A stretch of 46,010 bases of DNA, taken from NCBI GenBank assembly GCA_022866545.1, contig JALHUO010000046.1, positions 1 to 46,010 on the forward strand, read 5' to 3'. Both the position numbers and the translations under genes were made by a program. How positions within the stretch are numbered: the stretch's first letter is position 1; every line of letters begins with the position of its first letter. The stretch is from Dehalococcoidia bacterium. GTDB lineage: Bacteria; Chloroflexota; Dehalococcoidia; GIF9; AB-539-J10. Below are positions 25,556-35,453 of this stretch, in pieces. The notes under the pieces are model-generated. The model was not told the origin of the DNA and ran no database searches. It was given only the letters and a program-made list of their open reading frames with translations.

Positions 25556-25700
25556 TATAAGCTCCTGCGTGGTAATTCCAACCTATGACCGAGCTCACAT
25601 AACCGGCCATGCTATCCAGAGTGTACTCGACCAGACTTACCAAGACCTCGAGACATATGTGGAATGGAAATGCCTGGCAAGGCGTGTGAAAAACGAATAG
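25542..25700 (+). pseudogene. 52-codon N-terminal relic of another GT2 glycosyltransferase
   Basis: Hand translation gives MAGTDISSCVVIPTYDRAHITGHAIQSVLDQTYQDLETYVEWKCLARRVKNE*. The VVIPTYxR....aI.SVL.QTYqDLE start is canonical GT2. It breaks exactly where (I/V)VVDDGS should follow. Confidence 0.6.
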
Positions 25701-25713
25701 ATAAGATATCGCA

Positions 25714-27264
25714 ATGACTTCACCAGGCCGGAAGAAGACATTCCTATTGGGCACAGCTTCCTATTATGGAGCGACTGTGGTTTCTATTGTCGTAGGGCTG
25801 ATATCTGTGCCTATTGGGTTAGATTATTTTGGTGTTGTTCGATACGGTATCTGGGCGGTTGTATCCTCGGTAATTGCCTATTTAGGTCTTTCAAATTTGG
25901 GTATTACCACGGCGGCACAAGTCCTAACGGCAAAGGCATCAGCACCATTTGAACAACGGACAGTCTTGCGGCGGTCGTTATTCCTACTACTTGTTAGCAG
26001 TGCTGTTGCCTTAGGCGCGGTCTTAGGAACTGTTCATTTTTATCCGGGCTGGGTGGGTGTTTTGGGAAAGATTCCTGCTGATTTGCATGGAGAGGCTACT
26101 GAGGCAGCAATAGCAATTGCCATTTTGTTTCTGCTAAATCTCCCCCTCACTGTTTTCTCGGCTGGGTTCGTTGGGCGTCAAAAGGTTTACTGGGAACGGA
26201 CTTATGCCTCCTTAACAACAATTGCTGGTTTAGTTGCCTTAATTTTGACGGTTTTTTTACTGAAAGGTAATTTGGTTACCCTTGCTCTATTTACTGGAGT
26301 GGCAAGACTTTTGGTTAGCATTGCATGCGCTTCGCATTTTTTGTTTGCGAATTCCGACCTCCGTCAAAAGCCTGCTGAACCGATAAGTAAGGAATTTTCT
26401 ACCAATTCTATTCTTGCCAGTGGAATCAGATTTTTTGTTATCGGCGTAGCAGGTATGGTTTTATTGTACACAGACAACCTGGTAATCAGTCACTTTCTTG
26501 GGGTCCAGATGGTAACCCCTTATGCAGTAACCTTTACCATATTTAACCTGGGGTTTTCAATATTCGCTGCCATTAATGGGGCGCTCTCGCCAATGTACAG
26601 CCAATCGGCAGGAAGGAATCAGTGGGAATGGGTACAAGAGACGTATAATCATACGGTTCACTTATTGCCAATTTTAGGTGGGTTATTATGGATAGGGGGA
26701 ATAGCATTTGCCCGCGAGATTATCACTCTTTGGGCGGGTCCGCAGGCGTACGGGGGGCTACTTGTAGTCATCGCACTAGGAGGCTACGGCTATACGGTCT
26801 CATTGGTGAGCTCGCACGTTACCGTACTTATTGCCTTGAATCGGACTAAAAGAATGGTCGTCTATAACTGGTTGGAGGCCGTGTCCAAATTAGGTATCTC
26901 GTTAGCACTTGTCAGAGTGCTTGGCATTGGTGGGGCAGCTGTTGGCACATTTCTGGGCGATTTGCTGACCGTGTTCTGGTTATTACCGCGGGATGTTGCC
27001 CGGCAAACGGCGGGGAAAGTCAACATGCATACCAGACCTATTATCAGCCACGCTATCGCTGCTATGCTCCCTTGCTTAGCGTTTGTCCTTCTCACATATC
27101 TCTTCGCACCTGTAGGATGGATGCGTGTGATGATAAACGTTTTCGTCGTCATTCTCTACCTTGCATTATCCTTGCGTATTATGTCCCCGGATACCCGCAG
27201 TTTAGTTAAGAATATACTTACTGAAGTGTATGTCCACATAAAAACTCAGAAGGTCAAAATATGA
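25714..27264 (+). CDS. Wzx-type oligosaccharide/polysaccharide flippase (MOP superfamily)
   Basis: 516 aa and about 12-14 hydrophobic helices along the whole length, in a glycan-cluster context. No catalytic motifs are expected for this family. Confidence 0.75.
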   Translation: MTSPGRKKTFLLGTASYYGATVVSIVVGLISVPIGLDYFGVVRYGIWAVVSSVIAYLGLSNLGITTAAQVLTAKASAPFEQRTVLRRSLFLLLVSSAVALGAVLGTVHFYPGWVGVLGKIPADLHGEATEAAIAIAILFLLNLPLTVFSAGFVGRQKVYWERTYASLTTIAGLVALILTVFLLKGNLVTLALFTGVARLLVSIACASHFLFANSDLRQKPAEPISKEFSTNSILASGIRFFVIGVAGMVLLYTDNLVISHFLGVQMVTPYAVTFTIFNLGFSIFAAINGALSPMYSQSAGRNQWEWVQETYNHTVHLLPILGGLLWIGGIAFAREIITLWAGPQAYGGLLVVIALGGYGYTVSLVSSHVTVLIALNRTKRMVVYNWLEAVSKLGISLALVRVLGIGGAAVGTFLGDLLTVFWLLPRDVARQTAGKVNMHTRPIISHAIAAMLPCLAFVLLTYLFAPVGWMRVMINVFVVILYLALSLRIMSPDTRSLVKNILTEVYVHIKTQKVKI

Positions 27265-27434
27265 ACAGATGCGGCACCAGCTCAAACGAAACAGCATCTG
27301 TGAAAGAGTTTGCATCGGCTGCCATATACGCATGAAAAAGGAGATCTATGTGAAGATCTGTCGGTCAAGGATACCCATAGCTATAAGCTATGTTTGTTTC
27401 TGAGAAAACTTTGAAAGGAGGCTGTGGTATAAAG

Positions 27435-28220
27435 ATGAGGATTACAGGAGACAGTGTTAGAGCAATCTTTAACAAGCTGAGTCGCCTTTATAACGTTGAC
27501 GATTTTAATTGGCGGAAATACCATGTAACGTATAACCGTCAGATAATGGATATTACCAATGAGTTTACGCTTGTATTATCTAAGGACGAATATCAAATAG
27601 TCGAAGGGAAAATCCTATTGAACTCCATGCTGTCGCCATTGCATCCAAATCACAAATTACTCTATGAGACAATCTATCGTTTGAATCCGAAGTCTGTTTT
27701 AGAAGTCGGCGTGGGAGGCGGAGACCATATCCATAATTTGCACCTTCTGCTTCCTGAAGCAAAGTTCTACGGTGTAGATATATCCCAGAATCAGATTGAC
27801 CTGCTTCTTCACCGGCATCCCGATCTGAAGAACATTTGCAGATTGGCGGTTGCGGATGTTACCAAGAAGGATGTATTGAATACTTTTGGAAAAGTTGATT
27901 TAGTTTATACGCAGGCTGTACTGATGCATGTCAGGCGAGGGAACAGACATATTTTGGCTCTAAAGAATATGTTCAATATGTCAAATTATGTCGTTCTGAT
28001 GGAACATTGGGCAAGGCACAATTTCTTTGACGACATAACTAGAATATTCCAGGAACGTGACCTTCTTTGGCCTGAATTGAATATTTATAAAAACGATAGC
28101 GGAGAGCAAGTATTGATGATTCTCTCGAGGAAAGAGCTCAAGGAATTTAGTCCATTAAGAAGTAACGAGGAACTCCTAAAATATATCCAGAAAAAGGGAG
28201 ATGTCGTTCTGAGAAAATAG
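27435..28220 (+). CDS. class I SAM-dependent methyltransferase
   Basis: Motif I VLEVGVGGGDH, then FYGVDIS and VDLVYTQAVLMHV. The track ORF starts at 27390, but that ATG sits inside a 7-bp hairpin (catagct-ata-agctatg). The ATG at 27435 follows AGGAGG. Confidence 0.7.
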   Translation: MRITGDSVRAIFNKLSRLYNVDDFNWRKYHVTYNRQIMDITNEFTLVLSKDEYQIVEGKILLNSMLSPLHPNHKLLYETIYRLNPKSVLEVGVGGGDHIHNLHLLLPEAKFYGVDISQNQIDLLLHRHPDLKNICRLAVADVTKKDVLNTFGKVDLVYTQAVLMHVRRGNRHILALKNMFNMSNYVVLMEHWARHNFFDDITRIFQERDLLWPELNIYKNDSGEQVLMILSRKELKEFSPLRSNEELLKYIQKKGDVVLRK

Positions 28221-28229
28221 GAGATTTGT

Positions 28230-29447
28230 ATGAATCTGTCGTCCAAAGATGTAATGGTATTTTTTGACCCTTCTTCGCCGGAATATTATGATGACCGCCT
28301 CTTTCAGGACGACCCCCTGCTCAATAGAGATAATTGTCTCTCCCCATATCACGAACTAAGGGATTCTCTTCTTGAGAAGGGTATTCAGGTTCACACCGCA
28401 GACCGTCTGCTAGGGGGGCAACTCACGGCACAATGTAATGCTTACTGTTCGCTTGGAATACTGGCAAACTATAAGCAACTGGCTGAAAGAGCTGATGTCA
28501 TTATGGGCTCGTTCTATGTTATGGAGCCCCCCGTTACTGGCCCGCAGCTATACCACGAGCTTAGCGGTCTGACGGAGCGGTTTAGTAAGGTATATGTTCA
28601 CAATATAGAAGGGGTGGGATACGAAAGATATTCTAGCCAGCAATCAAATTTGCGGAAATTCTTCTGGCCCCAGGTTGAAAATGGTGTCATAGAGTCTCTT
28701 TGGAACAATAAAGACAGAGGCTTTCTCACCATGGTCAGCGCAAACAAAGCACCCCCCCCTTATTTGCAGGTGAGAAGAGGGCAGAATCCTATCGGTCTTA
28801 GAATTTTCCTCAACAAAAACCCTGGCTTGAAAGACAGCGAGCTTTATTCTGAGAGAATCCGGGCATTGGTGGCGCTTCACAGCCTTGGGACCGTTGACCT
28901 CTACGGCTATGGTTGGGATATATCTTTATATCAGATCCTGCGTAACCTGCCTTATAGCCAGAGCTTCCCATATATGTACTGGAGGAACAGAAAAGCGTTG
29001 AGAGCTATCTATAAGGGTGCAGTGGAATCGAAATACGAGACACTGAGCCGGTATAGATTCGCCTTTTGTTTTGAGAATATGGCAATGCCCGGCTACATAA
29101 CGGAAAAGATATTCGACTGCTTCTTTGTGGGAGCCATTCCTATTTATCTGGGCGCCCCTGATATTGTAAAATACATACCGAAGGGTTGTTTTGTAGACAT
29201 GCGTGATTTTGATGACTACGCACGGCTGCATGCCTATCTCTTGGATCTGTCCGACCGGGACATCTCCTCGTTTAGAGAGACTGCGAGAGAGTATCTATCC
29301 TCTGAGCAGTATCGGCCTTTCACCAAGGAGAAATTCGTGGAGCAGTTTGAGGCGGACTTGATGGAGACGCTTAAGGCGAATGGGGTTAGTCTGCCGGGTC
29401 TGGGAGTGTCGAAGAATAGCACCAAGGAACGTTCGGAGGTTGAATAA
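28230..29447 (+). CDS. GT10-family alpha-1,3-fucosyltransferase-like glycosyltransferase
   Basis: 405 aa. [34 protein letters not shown] matches the alpha-1,3-FucT motif (F..FEN....Y.TEK......G.(V/I)P.Y.G). The N-terminal ~230 aa were not recognised. Confidence 0.8.
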   Translation: MNLSSKDVMVFFDPSSPEYYDDRLFQDDPLLNRDNCLSPYHELRDSLLEKGIQVHTADRLLGGQLTAQCNAYCSLGILANYKQLAERADVIMGSFYVMEPPVTGPQLYHELSGLTERFSKVYVHNIEGVGYERYSSQQSNLRKFFWPQVENGVIESLWNNKDRGFLTMVSANKAPPPYLQVRRGQNPIGLRIFLNKNPGLKDSELYSERIRALVALHSLGTVDLYGYGWDISLYQILRNLPYSQSFPYMYWRNRKALRAIYKGAVESKYETLSRYRFAFCFENMAMPGYITEKIFDCFFVGAIPIYLGAPDIVKYIPKGCFVDMRDFDDYARLHAYLLDLSDRDISSFRETAREYLSSEQYRPFTKEKFVEQFEADLMETLKANGVSLPGLGVSKNSTKERSEVE

Positions 29448-30520
29448 TGGCAACAATCGCACTTATTACTGGAATAACAGGTCAGGATGGCTCATATCTT
29501 GCCGAGTTCTTGCTTTCCAAGGGGTATGAGGTGCATGGGCTTATCCGTCGGGCCAGCACCTTCAACACCTCTAGAATAGACCATCTCTTCGTTGACCTTC
29601 ACGAGCCGAAAGCGAGGTTTTTCCTTTATCACGGGGACCTGTCGGACGGAAGTCAGCTAACCAATGTCATCTATAACATTCACCCGGATGAAATCTATCA
29701 TCTAGGGGCCCAGAGCCATGTGCGTGTCAGCTTTGATACGCCAGAATACACCGGGGACATCACTGGTCTTGGCACGACTAGAATTCTGGAGGCCATTAGA
29801 AAGAGTGGAAGCAAGTGCAGGTTCTACCAGGCTTCCAGCAGTGAGATGTTTGGCAGCGCGACACCGCCGCAGAATGAGAACACGCCGTTCAAGCCCAGAA
29901 GTCCTTATGCTTGCGCCAAAGTTTATGCCTATTGGATGATCAGGAATTATCGTGACGGCTATGGCCTTTTTGCCTGCAATGGGATTCTATTCAACCATGA
30001 GTCTCCGCGGCGAGGCGAGACTTTTGTCACCCGGAAGGTAACCCGCGCCATCGCTCATATTCTGGCGGGGAAACAAGACTGCCTTTACCTTGGTAACTTG
30101 AAGGCGAAAAGAGATTGGGGCTATGCTCCGGAATACGTCGAAGCAATGTGGCTGATGCTTCAGCAAGAAAAGCCTGATGACTTTGTTATCGGAACAGGTG
30201 AGACCCGCAGTGTGCAGGAATTCGTGCAAGAAGCTTTCGCCTATGCGGGACTGGATTGGCAGCAGTATGTCAAGATAGACCCTCGCTACTTCAGACCTAC
30301 GGAGACAGAAGTGCTTATAGCGGATGCAACGAAAGCAAGGCAGAGGCTGGGATGGCAGCCGAAGGTGGCCTTTAAGGAGCTTGTCAGAATAATGGTAGAT
30401 GCGGACATGGAAGCTCTGGGGCTGACAAGTCCGGGGGAGGGGAAGTCTGCACTGGCAAGGCACGGTCTAAATGTGCGTGATAAAGCCTTGATCAATCCCA
30501 CAGGAGGAATGGAGAATTGA
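29447..30520 (+). CDS. gmd: GDP-mannose 4,6-dehydratase
   Basis: 357 aa. [53 protein letters not shown] and [17 protein letters not shown] are all hallmark Gmd strings. Confidence 0.95.
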   Translation: MATIALITGITGQDGSYLAEFLLSKGYEVHGLIRRASTFNTSRIDHLFVDLHEPKARFFLYHGDLSDGSQLTNVIYNIHPDEIYHLGAQSHVRVSFDTPEYTGDITGLGTTRILEAIRKSGSKCRFYQASSSEMFGSATPPQNENTPFKPRSPYACAKVYAYWMIRNYRDGYGLFACNGILFNHESPRRGETFVTRKVTRAIAHILAGKQDCLYLGNLKAKRDWGYAPEYVEAMWLMLQQEKPDDFVIGTGETRSVQEFVQEAFAYAGLDWQQYVKIDPRYFRPTETEVLIADATKARQRLGWQPKVAFKELVRIMVDADMEALGLTSPGEGKSALARHGLNVRDKALINPTGGMEN

Positions 30521-31470
30521 GCTGGCTTGCGGCGAAAAGATTACTTGTAACCGGTGGAGTGGGGTTCCTTGGCAGGCACGTAGTAGAAGAGTTGGAGAAG
30601 AAGGGATGCAGGGAAATCTTCGTTCCCCGGAGCAAAGATTATGATCTCGTTGATATGGAAGCGGTAAAAAGGCTTTACCAGGATTCTAGACCGGATGTCG
30701 TTATCCATCTTGCTGCTAAAGTGGGTGGAATTGGTGTAACCGGCAAGAAACCTGGGGAGTTCTTCTACAAGAACCTGATGATGGGTGTACAGATGATGGA
30801 ACAGGGGAGGGTCTTCGGTCTAGAGAAATTCGTAGCTATCGGAACGGTCTGCGCCTATCCGAAATACATTACGGCTCCTTTTAAGGAAGAAGATCTATGG
30901 AATGGCTATCCAGAGGAGACCAATGCTTCCTATGGGCTTGCTAAAAAGATGACCCTGGTTCAAGCTCAGGCTTATAGACAGCAATATGGCTTCAACGCGA
31001 TCTACCTTGTCCCCGTCAATCTTTATGGTCCCGGAGATAATTTTGACCCGGAGTCCTCACACGCCATCCCTGCTTTGATTAAAAAGTGTCTGGACGCGAT
31101 GAAGAATAGCGAAAGAGAGATAGTTGTCTGGGGAAGTGGAAAACCAACCAGGGAGTATCTTTATGTTGCCGACTGCGCTGAAGGTATTGTCCTGGCCGCA
31201 GAAAGATACAATAAGCCTGAGCCGGTGAACCTTGGCTCCGGCTTTGAGATATCCATTAGGGATTTGGCCAGTTTGATTGCCAAACTGACTGGATATAAAG
31301 GGGAGATAACGTGGGATAGCTCTATGCCAGACGGCCAACCGAGGCGCCTTTTTGACAGCTCCAAGGCAGAAAAAGAGTTTGGCTTCAGGGCTAAGACAAG
31401 CTTCGAAGAAGGGTTAAGCAAAACCATTGCATGGTATGAAGAGCAGCGAAGTAAGGGGCTGTTGAGATAA
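30517..31470 (+). CDS. fcl: GDP-L-fucose synthase family (GDP-4-keto-6-deoxymannose 3,5-epimerase/4-reductase); could act as a ColC-type reductase
   Basis: 317 aa. [33 protein letters not shown] (YxxxK) and [22 protein letters not shown] start overlaps the gmd stop. Confidence 0.85.
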   Translation: MSWLAAKRLLVTGGVGFLGRHVVEELEKKGCREIFVPRSKDYDLVDMEAVKRLYQDSRPDVVIHLAAKVGGIGVTGKKPGEFFYKNLMMGVQMMEQGRVFGLEKFVAIGTVCAYPKYITAPFKEEDLWNGYPEETNASYGLAKKMTLVQAQAYRQQYGFNAIYLVPVNLYGPGDNFDPESSHAIPALIKKCLDAMKNSEREIVVWGSGKPTREYLYVADCAEGIVLAAERYNKPEPVNLGSGFEISIRDLASLIAKLTGYKGEITWDSSMPDGQPRRLFDSSKAEKEFGFRAKTSFEEGLSKTIAWYEEQRSKGLLR

Positions 31471-31491
31471 CCTCTGGAGTGGATAGGAAGC

Positions 31492-32772
31492 ATGAGTGAG
31501 ACAAGAGGTATTAGAAGGCAGATAAAGGACCTGATTCGAGAGTATTACTCTGGGACGAAAAGCAAAACGAAGTTCGTTCCGGGAAGAACGAAATTACCAT
31601 TGGTCGTTCCATCTTATGATTGGCAGGAGGTTTGCGACGCTATTGACTGTCTCTTGGATGGTCAGGTAACGATGGGAGAGAGGGTAAAGCAGTTCGAGTC
31701 CATATTTGCGGATTACATTGGGACTCGTTTCGCGACTATGGTGAACTCGGGGTCAAGCGCCAATCTCCTGGCGCTATCCGTGCTGACTAATCCTCTTCTT
31801 GAGAATCCGATGAAACCAGGAGACGAGGTCATAACGCCAGCGGTTACCTGGGCAACTACGGTATTCCCCATCATCAACTGCGGATTAGTACCAGTCTTGG
31901 TTGATGTGGATTTAGAGACTTTCAATATGAATACGGAGGAAATCAGGAAAGCCATAACTGATAAGACAAGAGCAATAATGCCTGTGCATCTGCTAGGCAA
32001 CCCCTGTGAGATGGATACAATCATGGATATAGCGACGCGATATGACTTGTACGTCATAGAAGATGCCTGTGAAGCCCACGGGGCAGAATTTGGGGGTCGG
32101 AGGGTAGGGAGCTTTGGCGATTTCGCGACCTTCAGTTTCTTCTTCTCCCATCACTTGAGCACAATTGAGGGGGGAATAGTGCTAACCGATAGTGAAGAGC
32201 TAGCCGGGCTGGCTAAATCTCTCAGAACCTTCGGCTGGGTTCGTGATTTAACGGATAAGGACAGAATTGCCCAACAATATGAGAGTATTGACCCCCGATA
32301 TCTATTTGTTAATATCGGATATAATTTTAGACCGACCGAAATGCAGGGGGCTTTCGGTATACAGCAGATAAAGAAACTGGATAGGTTCATACAAATACGG
32401 CAGGAAAACGCCGAGTTTTGGACTGAGAGTCTGAGACGACATGGGAATTATCTCTTATTGCACACTGAGAGAGAAAATACAAAGCATGTTTGGTTTGCGT
32501 GTCCTGTAACAGTTAAAGCTGATGCCCCTTTCACCAGAAAAGAACTGGTGGATTTTCTAGAGAAAAAGGGGGTCGAAACCAGGCCAATCATGTCGGGGAA
32601 TTTTGATGAGCAACCTGCAATGAGGCTTTTCCCCTATCGCAAAGTGGGGGATCTACCAAATTCAAGGTTCATTATGCGTAACTCGTTCTTCTTCGGAAAT
32701 CACCCCGGCATTGCTTCTGAGGAACGACAAGCAATCGTCGATTACTTCAGTGAGTTCATGCGAAGGTACTAG
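31492..32772 (+). CDS. DegT/DnrJ/EryC1-fold PLP/PMP enzyme with His in place of the Schiff-base Lys: sugar 3-dehydratase (ColD / E1-DdhC-like)
   Basis: 426 aa. NSGSSANLLA, PAVTW, EDACEAHG and SFFFSHHLSTIEGG. When aligned to the SF...K....EGG motif of aminotransferases, His occupies the Lys position. Confidence 0.7.
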   Translation: MSETRGIRRQIKDLIREYYSGTKSKTKFVPGRTKLPLVVPSYDWQEVCDAIDCLLDGQVTMGERVKQFESIFADYIGTRFATMVNSGSSANLLALSVLTNPLLENPMKPGDEVITPAVTWATTVFPIINCGLVPVLVDVDLETFNMNTEEIRKAITDKTRAIMPVHLLGNPCEMDTIMDIATRYDLYVIEDACEAHGAEFGGRRVGSFGDFATFSFFFSHHLSTIEGGIVLTDSEELAGLAKSLRTFGWVRDLTDKDRIAQQYESIDPRYLFVNIGYNFRPTEMQGAFGIQQIKKLDRFIQIRQENAEFWTESLRRHGNYLLLHTERENTKHVWFACPVTVKADAPFTRKELVDFLEKKGVETRPIMSGNFDEQPAMRLFPYRKVGDLPNSRFIMRNSFFFGNHPGIASEERQAIVDYFSEFMRRY

Positions 32773-33028
32773 AAATGTCTCCGTGTCATTGAGTGGTTCA
32801 CATGTGGAGAAAGAGCGTAGCATTCTGATAAGCCTTGGAGCCGAGGCAGCCAACTGAGTGAGGACATGCCTGTAATGAAGTCCTGTGCAGAAGTCCATTT
32901 TGCCATGTGTTGGGATTTGCCGGGTAGAGACGCCCGAGATCGCTGTATTAGGTCCGTTGTCTGACAAAGTGGATTGCGGGAACCCGGATTGCCGCCCGTA
33001 CCAGACGCAACATGCTGTCTCCTCTCGC

Positions 33029-34198
33029 TTAGCCTCTCTGCCTCAGGTTCTCCAGTATTCCACTGTAGCTGTCTACGGCTTTCTCAAAGGTAAACTCCCT
33101 CTCTGCCAGGTTGCGGGCGTTCCGGGCAACTTGCTCCAGATCAGGATGATTCAGCGCCCTGACGATATTCCTGGCAATGCATTCGGGAGAGTTGTCTTCC
33201 ATGATGAATCCGTTTTCGGCATCGCTCAGCATATCAGCCATGAGCCCAACTGGGGTGCCCAGGACGGGCGTGCCGCAGGCCATCGCCTCGAAGGCGACAT
33301 AAGGCCCTGCTTCTGTATAGGAGGGGACAACCAACAATCTTAGCTCGTTCAAATAGCCTGGAAGCTTATCGTGGGAAATCCAGCCCACAAATTTGACCTT
33401 GTTACCCGATTTATTGGCATACTCTTCCACCTGCGGACGGAGCTGTCCATCACCACCTATTAGAAATGTCACCCCCTCTCTGGTCTCCATTACCATCGGG
33501 ATTGCTTCCATGAAGTTCAGAATCCCCTTCTCTCCGCTCAGACGTCCGATGTAGCCGATCAGATTACCTCTTTCGTTTAGAGGCTTCTGCATCTTGAACT
33601 CATCAAAGTCGAGGAAATACTCGCAGGCTATGGAGATTTTGCTTCGGTATTTTCCCAGACCCCATTTCCTGATCAGGTTCTCCGAGTAGAGAACAATGCG
33701 ATTTGATAATCTATAATCGACCGACTGTATCCAGACTAATGCATTAGAGAGGGGATCCTTGTGGTGCTCCACCATCTGTACAAGAGATGACGGCAACTCC
33801 CAGACGACCTTCTTCCCCGCCAACCTTGCTGTAAGCATAGGTAAGAACGCACCTGCTTCCATAAAGAAAACATAAATGTCGGTATCCCTGGATAGCATCA
33901 CCAACGTGAACGAGATCCTTATCTGTATCCGTATATATTCTGCAATTCGGGCAAATATATTTTTGACCTTCTTTTGGTGTATCCTGTAAGTCTGAATTCC
34001 CCGATTGGTCGTGATCGTTGCATCCTCTACGCCTGCCGTGACAACACAAATTCCGCCCGAGAGAGAACGCAGTATTTCTACCAGGTTTGATAGCGGAGTA
34101 ACAAACGCTTCTGTAAAAGGGAATGTAACCACGCACACTCTCAACCGATTTGCGACTTTTTTCCCGCTTTGTCGGCTATTCGATTTTCTTATACGCAT
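33029..34198 (-). CDS. GT4-family glycosyltransferase
   Basis: 389 aa. IGRLSGEKG, then the PSYTEAGPYVAFEAMACGTPVLGTPVG E-x7-E type motif. Confidence 0.85.
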   Translation of the reverse strand: MRIRKSNSRQSGKKVANRLRVCVVTFPFTEAFVTPLSNLVEILRSLSGGICVVTAGVEDATITTNRGIQTYRIHQKKVKNIFARIAEYIRIQIRISFTLVMLSRDTDIYVFFMEAGAFLPMLTARLAGKKVVWELPSSLVQMVEHHKDPLSNALVWIQSVDYRLSNRIVLYSENLIRKWGLGKYRSKISIACEYFLDFDEFKMQKPLNERGNLIGYIGRLSGEKGILNFMEAIPMVMETREGVTFLIGGDGQLRPQVEEYANKSGNKVKFVGWISHDKLPGYLNELRLLVVPSYTEAGPYVAFEAMACGTPVLGTPVGLMADMLSDAENGFIMEDNSPECIARNIVRALNHPDLEQVARNARNLAEREFTFEKAVDSYSGILENLRQRG

Positions 34199-35300
34199 TA
34201 ATCAGCCTCTTCTGCATGATGCTCCAACTGTATCTCTCTGTATAAGCTCGACGTCCATTTTCCCCCAAGGCTTGTCGAAGATTGCCGGCACTCTTCAGTT
34301 TGATTATCGCTTCCCGGATCGCGGCTACATCCCCGTATGGCACAATAAGGCCGCAATTTTCTTCTCTTACAATGTTCGCCATCGAGCTACCGTCACTAGC
34401 AATTATTGGCTTTGCACACATCATAGCTTCAAACAGTTTGTTAGGACTGGCGTATTTGTTATTAGGGATGGCAGGGTCATAGAACGCAAACAGAATATCT
34501 GCCGCTACTGTTCTTTCGATCACTTCGGTATAGGGTATTTGACCGAGGCATTGAATCCTTTTGCAGCGCCGGCAGGCATTTTCAATCATTTCCTTATCGG
34601 GGCCTGTGCCGGCTATAACCAATCTAGTGTCTTCTAGCCCTTCTACAGCCCTTACTACATGTTCCAGGCCTCTTGATTTATGAATAAGGCCCGCGTAAAA
34701 GATCGCGATAGCTGAAGTGCCTGTCATTGACTCAGCCGCAGGCCTTCCCCGTGCTGCAAAGTAATCGGGGGGAGAATTATGAATGTAAACGAGCTTCCTT
34801 ATTCGTGCCCCTTTAACTTGTTCCAGCCGAGATTCATCCACTAGAAACAGAACGTCGGTAGGCCGGATTCCAAATCGTTCAACCGAAGCGACGAGACTCC
34901 TCAGCGCCTTTCTTAGTAGCCGGAAACGGCCATCAGGCAGGTTATTGGCGTAGAAATCATAGATGGTGTAACAGAGCGGGACCCTTTTGATAAATTTGGC
35001 GAGGATGGCCGGTATTAAGGTATCCAGGTCACAGGCGTGGATGACATCGCACTTGTGTCTCAGCAAAAGGAAGAACTCGTATATCCACCAAATCGGAAGG
35101 TAAAACAAGACAGTGAATTTGTCGTAAGGTGCTTTTAGATTGAACTTGCGAATGGTATACCCATCGCCCTCTTCAGCACCCAGAGTGTGTCGGCGGTCCC
35201 AGACCAATAGGCTCACATCATATCCATTCTCGGATAAGCTCTTTGCCACCTTATTGACGGCGGGATCTATCGCGCGCGCTCGAACCAGAGTCACTTTCAT
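34176..35300 (-). CDS. GT4-family glycosyltransferase
   Basis: 374 aa. YAGLIHKSRGLE, then SPNKLFEAMMCAKPIIASD. Overlaps the next gene by 23 nt. Confidence 0.8.
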   Translation of the reverse strand: MKVTLVRARAIDPAVNKVAKSLSENGYDVSLLVWDRRHTLGAEEGDGYTIRKFNLKAPYDKFTVLFYLPIWWIYEFFLLLRHKCDVIHACDLDTLIPAILAKFIKRVPLCYTIYDFYANNLPDGRFRLLRKALRSLVASVERFGIRPTDVLFLVDESRLEQVKGARIRKLVYIHNSPPDYFAARGRPAAESMTGTSAIAIFYAGLIHKSRGLEHVVRAVEGLEDTRLVIAGTGPDKEMIENACRRCKRIQCLGQIPYTEVIERTVAADILFAFYDPAIPNNKYASPNKLFEAMMCAKPIIASDGSSMANIVREENCGLIVPYGDVAAIREAIIKLKSAGNLRQALGENGRRAYTERYSWSIMQKRLINAYKKIE

Positions 35301-35453
35301 TGATTACCAGCACCTTGATAATATGGACCGAATTGCTTCTACTTGCCCAACTGGCTGGCTATTTCCTTCTCTTCAGACGTTCTGAACACACGAACTACCC
35401 TATAGATCAGAGGAGTGAATTGGGACTGAAATATGAGTTTTGCCAGCATGTCA

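Noticed and set aside
27269-27403. 44-codon ORF with CX3CX2C spacing (MRHQLKRNSICERVCIGCHIRM...) between the flippase and methyltransferase genes
   Set aside because: It is too short, has no SD, lies in an AT-rich junction full of hairpins, and overlaps the next gene region. The Cys spacing alone is not evidence for a radical-SAM or ferredoxin relic.
34005-34637. 210-aa plus-strand ORF antisense to the two GT4 genes
   Set aside because: It is antisense to genes with clear GT4 motifs and has no recognisable domain.
35339-35449. 36-codon minus-strand ORF (MLAKLIFQSQFTPLIYRVVRVFRTSEEKEIASQLGK) in the 153-nt gap between the SDR and GT4 genes
   Set aside because: No motif was recognised and there is no convincing SD. 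It could be a micro-protein or a gene remnant, but the sequence alone does not support it.
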